A stretch of 53,346 nt of DNA from positions 1 through 53,346 of the forward strand of contig LSRY02000080.1 of assembly GCA_001643675.2 (NCBI GenBank), read 5' to 3'. The position numbers and the translations under genes were made by a program. This DNA is from Monocercomonoides exilis PA203. Lineage: Eukaryota; Protista; Preaxostyla. Positions 12,010 through 22,901 of this stretch are shown piece after piece. Within the stretch, counting starts at the first letter, position 1. Each line of letters begins with the position of its first letter. The notes beneath the pieces are model-generated. The model was not told where the DNA came from. It ran no database searches and saw only the letters and a program-made list of their open reading frames with translations.

Positions 12010-13538
12010 CAATCGAGAATGTGCGGAAAGGTGAATATATTTATTTTTTGAAATGAAGTTTTGTATATAACAAACAATGACGACAGAAAGATAAAGAACT
12101 GAAGCAAAGAACTGTGAAATTAATATTGTTTGAATTAGAAAGAAATAATTTTAATCATATTGCTATCCAATCATTTAATAAAGAATTCAGAATTAATTGA
12201 ATTCAGAAATAATGAAACCGCTTTAAATTGAAAAAAAAACCAAAGTTCAATTGTTATAAACCGTTGAATTTAAAAAAAGAAAGTTGTCAAAGAAGTGATG
12301 CATTTTATTTTTTGATTTATAGAATTGTATTTTGATATTATAAGTTAAAACTGCAAGCTTCACATTTCTTCTTTTAATATTCATTCGGTTGTGTTTTTTT
12401 CATAATGTTAAATGTTATTTCGCAAAGATTATTTCTTTTATTCTTTATCTTTCAAATATAAACTTGTTCTACAGTTCTTTATTCAAAGATTTATGAGAAA
12501 AAAAGATAAAAAGCTTTCACACACAGACATTTGAATCTATCCTTTCAAACAAGATTAAAATTTATTCGTTTGCTTGGGAAAATATGTGATATAACAATGA
12601 AATGTTTGTTAACAAACAAAACAAGATTGATAATCAAAATGAAAATAGCGGAAACAAGATCTTAACTTTCAACGAAGAGAAAACAGCTATTAATTTCTTG
12701 TCTTAATGAAACGATCATAAAAAAAAGATTGAATGAATTTCGTTCAGCTTATTCAATTAAAGTGAATAGAAAGGAAATAACCTGTTTGTGTCTTTATGTC
12801 AGAAGAGCTTCAGATAAAATAATTAGCTTTTTTGAGAAATAAGGATAAAAAAAATATGAACTTTCCACAACGAATTAATATTCCATGAAAAATCTTTCAA
12901 TACAATTGCTGTCTTTGATTGATTTTTAAATATTCAAACAATAATGAGTCAATATACTGAAAACATAAACAAACGCTATTAAAATTGAAAAACAATCACA
13001 CAGAGAATTTCATAAGTTGTGGAAGAGAAATTTTCAATAAATGACAAGGATGTGGCAGATGAAAAACAAATATCACATTCTATATGGACAAACTCGTTTT
13101 TATTCATCCAAATATTCATCAATAAAAATTTACAACTTCAAATATTATATTATGGAAAATCCTGACAAATTAAATGGTTTCAATTTGGATGAGTGTGGAA
13201 TATTTTTTTATTCATAAATAAATGATCAAAAAACATATATCATTAAAGAATGAATATCAAATAATTATTCTTTCAAAAGAAAAACAATTCAATAAATTTC
13301 ATAAATATAAACATTTCTTTTTTGTGAAAAACTGTGGGACGAAACTGACTGACGTGGATATGAAACGTTCGTGTGACGTAAATGTTTATTATAAATATCA
13401 AAAACTATAATATTTACTTCAAAAAAATTTTTTATTAAAAAATGACTGATGTGCTCCAAGTTTCATTATGCCTTTAAGTTTTTCAAAAAAATCTGCTAAT
13501 GAAAAAAGTTAGATAAAATCGTAATATGTACATAACAT

Positions 13539-13742
13539 GGCTAATCCTTTTTGAAACAATCCTTTTGCTCGAGTTTTGAACAAAAAATTATAATTTTTTG
13601 TGGGAACACTTTTTCAAAAGTGTATCGATTATGTTAATTGATAGATATTATAATCTCAACACACTTTTGAAAAAGTATTCCCACAAAAAACAATTTTCTG
13701 TTCAAAATTTGAACGAAAATATAGTTTAAAAAAGGAATAGAC
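13539..13742. mobile_element. MITE-like imperfect hairpin (about 85-bp arms)
   Basis: ctaatcctttttgaaac...tttttgtgggaacactttttcaaaagtgt pairs with acacttttgaaaaagtattcccacaaaaa...gtttaaaaaaggaatag. No clean TSD seen. Confidence 0.65.
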
Positions 13743-13798
13743 ACAAAAATAATAAAAGGAAGCAAAATATAAATATCTGATCTTCAGAGGAAATCAAT

Positions 13799-16700
13799 TT
13801 ACATCCCCACTGCTTTTTTCATAATTAGAGGAATATCAGCAAGAGAATTAATAAAATGGCTTTTCTCTTCATTTTTGAATGGAGTTAAAGAAAGGAATTG
13901 AGAGGATATACATTCTCCTTCTTCAACACTATTTAGGGCTTTTGATGTAATTTCTTTAAAACTTTGAACTTCTCTTCTAACCAATGAAGTGCAAAGCTTT
14001 TGCTCGGGGAAAAGAATATCTTGAATCTTGCGAAACGGACTCGTAAATGAAGCATATCTGTACACATCATCTGCAGCAACGTCGTAAACACAAAACAATT
14101 TTTCCTTCTTTTCTTTTTCAATGTTTTCTTCTTCTTTTTTCGAAGTTTCATCACACCCGATGCTTTTTTCATCTTCTCCATTCTCAAAATGACAACACAA
14201 AAACGGCCGCTCCCAACACACTGTCACAGAACACACATTATTCGACTGACGATACGCAAGTTTCTGAGTTGTCCGTACTGAAGAGCTCAAGGAATCACAT
14301 GAATTTTCCAAAAGCGGTTCGATAAGGAATGGATGGTCGCACGGAATCGAAGAGTGCTTATAACCCCTTGTAGAACATCTGGAACAGTCAACTGCATCGC
14401 TTCCAACAGCAGGTGTTTGAAGAACCTTTGCATGCATTGGGCATATGTCGTAGTGAGAGGGGGTGGGGTATGCTGAGGCAACAACTCGGCCTAACGTCCC
14501 AAAAGGAACGAGTCCAGTTGCAGCAACTGACACAACACGATCACCGATGCGCAGCTGCCCGCCAGCTGTGTCGCTTCCATCGTAAGTAATACTGCGAATC
14601 GCAGAAACAAGGCACTTTGGATGTATTGAGCATGTCACCTGAATGCGCGCTCCTTTTGCTTTTTCGTTCTTTGAAAGAACGTCAGTTGAAGAAGATGGCA
14701 AGCCTCTTTCATTTTCATCACAAGTGAAAGTATTCTTCAACCATCCACTTTCTTTCTCATATCTGTCCATCACATTCATCCCCATTTTCGTAAGTTTCAT
14801 TGAAGTGCATTTACCGGCTTTTGTTCCAGACTGCTTGAACATCAACTCCATCTTCTCATTCTTCCAACTTTTGAATCTTTTCATTTCTTTCTCTTCATCG
14901 ACAAAACCGAACAAGGAAGAAGCATCACATTCCATCTTGTGATTTGGAATTGAAGTGAATACTTCACACAAATTAAACACATTTGGAAATTCCTTTTTGT
15001 ATTCCTGCAACATCTGCATCGCTAAACTCGAGTATTCTGCACAGCCCTTCATCGGATTGAAACGCGCATATGGAGGAGAGTGAATGTTTTTAACTAGATC
15101 AATGAATGGGAATGATAAAGTTACCTCTGAAACATAGAAAACTTTCTCTACATCCGTTTTTTTATCCTCTGGCAGATCTCTTTGGTTATTTGCATTTGAA
15201 TTCCTTCGAATTCTTTGCTCTTTACACCAGATTTTAATAGCAGATTCAGAACCACTATAATCCTCAATCTTCTTTTCAACAACTCCATTCAATCGGTCTG
15301 CATGGAAACATCCTTTGTAAACGCGATAAGCATCGATAATCAACTGACCTCTTTTCTCGCGTTTTCCGCTATTTCTTTTCCTGAAGCGAATTCTCTTTGT
15401 GAGTGTTAAAGAAAAGTTAGGCATTGTTAATATAAGAATGGTTAAATGAGACACGTGTAATAACTTTGAAACTTCATCCACATCAAACCATAAAAATGAA
15501 GATGGCAAATAGGAAGAAAGAAGATTTGGATAAAGTGAATATTTTGGAGGAAGAATAGTCAGTTTTGTGCCACTTTCTGCTGATCTTTGGCTCAAAATTT
15601 CTGAATGCAAAAGAGTAAATGGAATATTGCTGAATAAGCTTGCTTCTTTCCCTGAAATTTGTTCCTCAAATGCATCAAATTCAACCTTTATTATCACATC
15701 TTTATTTTTATCATCCGCATTTGCTTTCATATTATCTCTGTTTTCAACCATTAATTCTTTATCTGTCGCATTGCAAACACTCAAAACAGATCCAGATGCA
15801 GTCAGAAGAGCGAGTGGATGAGGAATAGAAGAGATAGAAACAGGAACAAGCTCTCCTGAATCATCTCGTCTTGATACAGAAAGGACACTCAGATTGCTTC
15901 CACAAACGCATATTACATCGCTTGGAGACAAAGACGGGGTTTCAGTCGGAAATGATTGAAAGGCTACAAGTTGCTGTTTCAATTCAGCTAATTGTTCTGA
16001 CGTCGCATTAACTGTTTCAGCAAACGAAGGGATTGCTGATATTAACTGTATTGGCACACACATTGCATCACCCACGTTGTATTCAGCAGAAACCACTTCT
16101 TCATCATAATCATAGATGTCGTTGAGCATGCTTTCACTATTAAATTTTTCTTTTCCATTTCCCTTTTGTGGATTCCAAACATCACATATCCCAATCTTTC
16201 CGTCTGTTGCAGATCTTGTAGAGTAAAAACCATACAGTCCCTTTTCCAGTCTTCTTTGTGCTCTCTCCAAATCTGCTTTGCTCACCTCTTCTCCATCAGC
16301 TCGACTTCTCTGTACCAATTTTTCGGCTTCTGCGTAATTTAACATAAATTTCTTTTTTTCATATTTGAAATCATTATCATCATCATCATCATCATAGTCT
16401 TCATCTTCTTCAACTGTATCATTTGGATTTGTATATATTCCCCAACTTTGGTATTTATTTTGTTTCTGTAGCTCATCGTTCATTTCTTTTTCTTCCTCCT
16501 CCACTCTCTTCATCTCGTCTTCTTTCATTGCTCTTCTCCTCTTTCTCCATCCTTTTTTCATTGAGCACAAAGGGTGCACATAGCACAAAATACTCGATGT
16601 CTTTCCCACATCAATGCCTTGCTTTTCAAACTTATTTTTAACGAACAAGAATCTACTTCTAAAACATCCATCAGAAAGTGGCTGAAGAGGAACAGAACGA

Positions 16701-18622
16701 GCAATCAAGCGAGCAAAAAGAGAAGGGCAGTTCAAAGAAAGAACGTAATGAATCTGAAGAATAGATTTAATGAAGGAAGCAGACAAACAAGTGCTTTTTG
16801 ATCGTTTGGCACGAGGTGTTCCTCTGTTGAAGCTTTTGTTATCATAACTTTGGGATTCGAATTGCGCTTGCGTTCGTGAAGCAGATGCAGTGGCGGAATA
16901 TGGAAAAGAAGTCGAAGGAGAAGGAGAAGAGGAAGAAGGAGAAGAAGAAGGAGAAGAAGAAGATGACGATGAGGGAGAGGAAGGAGAGGAAGGGGTTATG
17001 GAACGAGGGGAAAGAGAAGGGGATGTGAAGGAAGAAGAAGAAGAAGAAGAAGTAGAGGAAGAAGAAGAATCTTTCTGGTTTTTTGGAAAGCAGCACTGTG
17101 ATTGCGAGTGGTCAGATGGAGAATGAGATTGGGAATTTTGATTTCTCATTCCAGAAAAATTTTCAAGTCTCTGAGTATTTTGATGTGGCGAAGGGGGTAC
17201 GCATAAATGCTGTGATTCTTCTTTACAAGTTTCTTTTGTCTGCACTTCATTCAGTGTTTCATTGCTGTCCATGCTGTCTTTTGAATCATCAAACAATTTC
17301 ACTTCGTTATCATCTATCTCTTCATCGAAATCATCATCATCAGCATCTTCTTGACTTTTGTTGTGTTTATGTCTGAGCGTTTCATTCTTCCACATTGCTT
17401 TCATTATCTCGCAAAATATTGCTTCCTCTTCCCTTGCTTTTTTCCATTCTTTGTATTCTTCCATTGTTTGTTCATCAATGTCTTCACAAGAACCAAATCC
17501 AGATAGCTCTGAAAGTCTTTCTTCTTTCATTTTACTCTTAAATTCATCCATCTTTCTCTCCAATCTCCTCATTTTCAGTTCTTCCTCTTCTTCCCTCTCG
17601 CTTGCCATCGGGTCGAGGACAAAACTAATTCCCGGCGCATCAATTCTGTACACTCTCGCTGGAATCAAATGGGGATAAGAAACATAGCACACACACCCAA
17701 CAAGCAACCGAAGCACATCACTGACCATCTGAAGTCGTGAGGAACATGAAAGAGAGGCAAAAGAACGAGGAAGAAAAGTTCTTAGATCAAGTTTCGTTAA
17801 CGAAGAAGAGTGAGATAACATCTTTGTCATTTCTTCTTTCAGCTTTTCTTTCTCCTCTTTTTCATCGTCTTCATCGCTTTTCTTTGAGGAATCTGTATCC
17901 ATATCTGTATTTTCCTCGATCTTGCTTGATTTATCAAACATTTTTCCATTCATTTTCATCGCGCCGTCATTCTCATCCTTCGCCTCTCTTCTTCTGTTCA
18001 CATCTTTTCCATCTTGAAGTTGTTGATGCAGCTTTTGCTGTTCTCCTAAGTTGTTGATTTTTTGCTCTTCAAGTCTTTCTCTCTTTTCAATGCTTTCATG
18101 TTGCTCTTTCGTCTTCTTTGTACTCTCCTCTTGCACATTTTCATTATCCATTTTTGTGAAAAGAAGGTTTCCTACACAAATAATCGGTGAGGTACAATCC
18201 GAGTCGTTCGAAAAAGAATTCATCTTCTTATTTTGATTAAAGGCAGCCTGATTTAAAAGAGATTTGCTAAAGCAGTCAATTTCTCTCAATATTTCTTCTT
18301 TTTCTTTTTCTCCACTTCTATTTGCTTTTTCTTTCTTCGGATTCTCTTCTTTTTGTCCTGTCAAATAGGGAGAATTCGTTAAGCAACTCACACTTGGAAC
18401 TGTCATCGGTATCCGATTGGCTGCTGAAGATGGCAAAGGAAGTGAATGTGAGAAGAAGAACGAAATAGAAGGCTTGCGCAGAACATAAAGCGACGAAAAG
18501 CCAGAACGAAGATAAGAACCAGGAAGGAGCTTTGACTCAAATGGAATGAAATTTTCTCTCCAAGACTCGATCGAACCTGAACATGAGAAGATATAAAAAA
18601 AAGTGTTACGCCAATGGGATAT

Positions 18623-18674
<52 letters not shown>

Positions 18675-18754
18675 TAGATAGATAGATAGATAGAGATAGA
18701 GATAGAGATAGAGATAGAGATAGAGAGAGAGAGAAGAGAGATAGAGATAGAGAT

Positions 18755-18813
<59 letters not shown>

Positions 18814-21800
18814 ATTTATTATTTAGCGTTCGAATAAATATTAATAAATAAATAAATAAAAATAATTTTCAAAAGTGTTAATCAAAATTTCAAAAAATAA
18901 AACCAAACCTGAAGTTGAGTATGTCTTCAAGTCGTATTCATCTGTCTCCTCAAGCGGCAAATCTGAATGGGGCTCTGCTCTGAACACCACAACTCGACAT
19001 TGCTTGAGTGAAGGGAAAGTCAGAGTTGCAGAAGCAGGCGAATCGGGGTACAGAGGCGGCTCTAGCAAACGAGACGGATATGCTGCCTCTATCTTGGCCT
19101 CTTCTTCATTCTCAATTGACACAAGCTCTTCGTTCAATTTGTTTCGGATGTCTAATTTCCTTTCTTCATCATCATTTTCTTTTTCCTCTTCTTTTCCCCC
19201 TTTCTCTTTCACTCTTTTATCTTCCTCCTTTCTCCACTTCTCAATCGCCTCTTTCCTCTTCTCCATTGCTTCCTCTCTAATCCTCTCCATTTCTGTTTTC
19301 CTCTCCGGATGCTTCGGCCCCATTAAAACCAGGTTCCATTTTATTTGATTGCGCTTCATTTCTTCTTTGCTGACTTTCGGATAAAGCTCTTCTGCAGCTT
19401 TGATGACAATAGCTGGGTCAATAAGCGGAAGAAGGGCAATCGATCCTATATGAAGTGAAACAATCTTTTCTCGGTCTATGATATCGTCTGTTGGGAGAGG
19501 CTTGAAAGGAAGGAAAGAGGAAGAGGAAGAGGAGGAAGAAGAAAATGAAGAGGTGGACGATGAAGATAATAGTGCAGAAGATGCATTTGTTTTAGAAGCT
19601 GAGAGACCATTCTTACCTTGTTGCATATTCTCAACACACGATCTTTCCTTTCTATTCTCTTCTTCTTCTTCATCTTTCCATATCTTATCATCCATCGTAT
19701 ACTTCACCAGCGCTTGCTTATTTCTTTTTAAAAATCTATCGGGCGTGAATCCATTGTCAACATATAGTGTGGAATCAATGTATTTTGAAAGCGGAGAAGA
19801 AGAAGAATTCAACAAAGATCGAAGAGGCTGGGGAAGAATATGTGAATAGATTGGATGCAGCACAGAAAGCAGCTGCTCGAAAGGACGAAGAGGTTGACTA
19901 AGTTCAAAGGGATAGAGCGAGTCTGCAATGATGACAGGGAAAACAAGGAACAAAATGAAAAATGATAAAAGATAAGCAGAATGAATTCAAATCGAAAGGT
20001 AGTGGAAGCAAAAAAAAATTTTTTTTCGTTTTTCGAAAAATAATCATAAAATAGTTTTCAAAATGTCATTTCAAATAGAATTTTTTGAGGAGATAAGAAG
20101 AGAATGAAGAGGAAGAGGTGAAAAAAGACAAAGACAAAGATGAATGCAAAAATTTGGGTGAAAAGATTAAATATATTGCATCAAGTACTCTCGTTGGGAA
20201 TAAGATATTCTCTAATTCCTTCATTCGATTATTCCTTTCATCGTCTTTCTTTGAAATTATTTTTTATTTCCTTTCTTTTAATAATTATTACAAGCAAACC
20301 TATTTTATCTTTCTCCTCGCATTCCTTCCTTCCTCTCTCAAACTTTTCTGTGAACTGCGAAAGACACACAAGATCGCTCAGCAAAGGAGGATAAAAAGGA
20401 GAATAATGATAATTCCAGGAGGGGCAGCCACGCGTGTAATACAAAAAGACGAATTGCACAGCGGTGATGTAATCAGAGACAAGATTGAACAGAGGATGGG
20501 AGTTGGAAGAAGAAGAAGAAGAAGAAGAAATTTCTTTTTTTCCTCTTCCTCTTTTCTTTTTCTTTTCCTTCTTTTTCTCTTTCATCTTTCCTCCATCTTT
20601 TTCTAAAATACCCATTGATGCATCACATGAAGAAGAACAAGAAGAAGAAAATGATGATGATGATTTATCTTTTCCATTCGCTGTTTCGTTATCATCAATA
20701 GATCTCTTTATTTCAGCTGCTTCTCTGAGATCTGGCAGTGGTAAAGGGAAATGGAGCTTCATTTTGTAATACATTTCTCTCCAAGTGAGATCAGCAAACT
20801 GAGTTGGTTCTGTTAATGAATGGAAAGATAAAGAATCAGAAGAAGAAGGAAATTGAAGCGATGATGGATTTCTTGTCCCATTTCCCCTCATTCGCGGAAA
20901 CATCAAATCACTCACAGTTTTGCTCTCCTCCTTCGCCAACTTCTGGCAGATCGCTTCGAATGCTCCCCAGTCTGTCACCCACCCCCTTTCTGTGAGAAAT
21001 GAGTGCATTGTCGGAAGAACCTCTTTGTAGGCAGTCAGGATCTTTGGAATCGCACGTTTACAGACTTCCAGCGACACAATACGGGGAATGAAGTCGTTTC
21101 CGAGGAGAAAGCAGAGGAGCACGAAATCGTCAAGCACTCGCTCAAAGTCAAAGTGGAAAGATAAAAGATGTTTTGAGGAAGAGTTGGAAGAAGAAGAAGT
21201 GGTAGCAGTAGAAGAAGAAGATGATGTTGACGAAGAGAATTCAGATGCATGTGTTACTTCTTTCTGAGAAGATGGAACATTTTGAGCTTTTTCTGATGTT
21301 TTGATATTCGTTCTTGCAACATTTTTTGTTTCATCCAAAGCATTTCTTCCTTTTTCCTCTCTTTCTCTACCGAATCTTCTGTTCATGCTGTTGTCACTGT
21401 CAACTTTGTCATCGTGCATAAACTCTTTGAACCACATCCCCAAGTATTCTCTGAGAATGTTGATGTGCAGAAACTGCAGCTTCATGCGGTGGTTCAAGCC
21501 GAGCTGAGGGTTGTTATTCGACGAACCATTAATCTCTCGCAAAATCACAATGTTTCGCTCGTGTGTCAGCAGTGCCAGCATTATTAGATCTGCATCTCGT
21601 CCGAATATGCAGTGCGATGTGGACGGGTCGTAGCCCTTCTCCCGCCTCTTGTTGCGGATGAATGATATGATTTTGTGTTCTCCTTCGCCTGGAACATCGC
21701 TTCCGGAGATAATCACCTTCAGCCCTTCCCACGCTTTATCTGTACTCATTCTCATCTGCGCATAGTATTTCACCCACTTTTTCAGTTTGCGCATAAGGTT

Positions 21801-22534
21801 TGTTCCTGGCATGACGCAGTCTTTGTAAAGATCGTGCTTTCCTTTTTCAATTTCACTGTGAGTCTCTTCAACCATTACAGCTTCAAATGCAGATAAATAC
21901 CACCCTCGTCTTTGAGGGCGCACTTTTGTCATTGGTGCAACTCCTACATTGTTATTTATTTATGAAAATTTCAAAAAAATAATTCTTCAAAATAATTTGA
22001 AATCAAGCCATCCATGGCGAAATAAACAAGCTTCTTCGGCCTGGCAGCTAGAAACAATCTGTCGAATGTTCGAAATACTTCTGCCATAGCTTCTTCTTCA
22101 GGGCATTTACTTTTTAATAATAATTCATTCCGAATAATATCAAGAGCAATTTCGTTAATATCCAAGTATAAGTTATCTTTCAAAAAATAGTGAAAAACGT
22201 TAAAATTAAAAATGAGGTAAAAAAATACAAAAATAAATAAAAAAATAAAAAATACAATAAAAAAATAAAAAATAAAACATTAAAACATTAAAAAATTGAA
22301 AATTGAAAAATTGAAAAATTGAAAAATTGAAAAATGTGAAATGAAAAAAATAAAATACAAAAATAAATTCCAAAAATTTGAATAAATCGGAAAATACCGA
22401 TATCAGGAGTAGATAAAGGATCTACTGGTGAAAATATTAATGGATAATGTTCACTCATCCATCTATCATATCGCGTAATAAACTCAAATAAAGCTAAATA
22501 CATTATCACACTTAAGCAGATTTGGTACTCCCAT
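13799..22534 (-). CDS. XRN1: XRN1-family 5'-3' exoribonuclease, 6 exons (22534-22512, 22462-22398, 22176-22009, 21943-20300, 19922-18909, 18576-13799), about 2563 aa
   Basis: MGVP..W.SEHYP, DNLYLD, FAMDGVAP, SDVPGEGEHKI, GRDADL, LGNDFIP, GCPSW, PFEQLLSVL and the C-terminal IGDRVVSV..GLVPFGTLGRV typical of XRN1. Exon lengths sum to 7692 nt, a multiple of 3. Confidence 0.88.
18626..18808. repeat. Compound (GA)n/(GATA)n/(GAGATA)n microsatellite in XRN intron 5
   Basis: Directly visible; lies within intron 18577-18908. Confidence 0.97.
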
Positions 22535-22901
22535 TTATGAAACACAATCGTTCAATAAAAGAAAAAAATATTTAATTTCTTTTTTTGAAAAAGAAGATCA
22601 CAATAAGTGTAATATTTTTTGAATGAGCTGCAAAGATTATCATATAAAAATCGATAAGCCAACCATTTTAATAACGAGAAGTTAAGAAGGTTGTTTTTTT
22701 TCAGGATTTCAAAACGTGATCAAAATTTATATATTTAAAGTTAACTTTATAAATGACTTGGGGTAAAATGTTTGCAATTATGAAAAAATCTAAGATTTAT
22801 TCCAAACTTTTTCTGCAATTTCATCACAATAAGTCAACCACAACAATGCAAAAAAACATTGAAATTTATGAAATAATAAGAAAAATACTTTAAAATATTG
22901 A

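Larger units (their letters stand above)
7487..13388 (+). mobile_element. hAT-superfamily DNA transposon, copy B (5902 bp), inverted relative to copy A
   Basis: 8-bp TSD TTATAAAT at 7479-7486 and 13389-13396. Reverse complement of 1932-7254 apart from repeat number, a 45-bp loss, a few 1-bp indels and a few SNPs. Confidence 0.93.
774..13472 (+). mobile_element. Merlin (IS1595/ISXO2-like) DNA transposon, about 1458 bp native length, interrupted by two hAT insertions
   Basis: Left TIR 774-799 GGCATACTGAAACTAAAAGGACATCA vs reverse complement of 13447-13472 GGCATAATGAAACTTGGAGCACATCA (21/26 match). Identical 8-bp TSD TTTAAGTT at 766-773 and 13473-13480. Encloses an ISXO2-type transposase. Confidence 0.92.

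Noticed and set aside
3213-12107. FLRLHFCFLL, SLSAPSLLLP and EGAEREGSKS repeat ORFs
   Set aside because: Alternative frames and antisense readings of the same stop-free minisatellite.
12200-13300. Additional gene in the hAT 3' region
   Set aside because: Only short protein-like stretches with many stops in both copies; no product can be supported.
1932-13388. Palindrome as a fold-back read or amplification chimera, or as one element with giant TIRs
   Set aside because: Each arm has its own different 8-bp TSD and its own TIR pair, and the spacer continues the Merlin ORF in frame.
22290-22340. (aaaattga)n tandem repeat
   Set aside because: Ordinary low-complexity slippage inside XRN intron 2.
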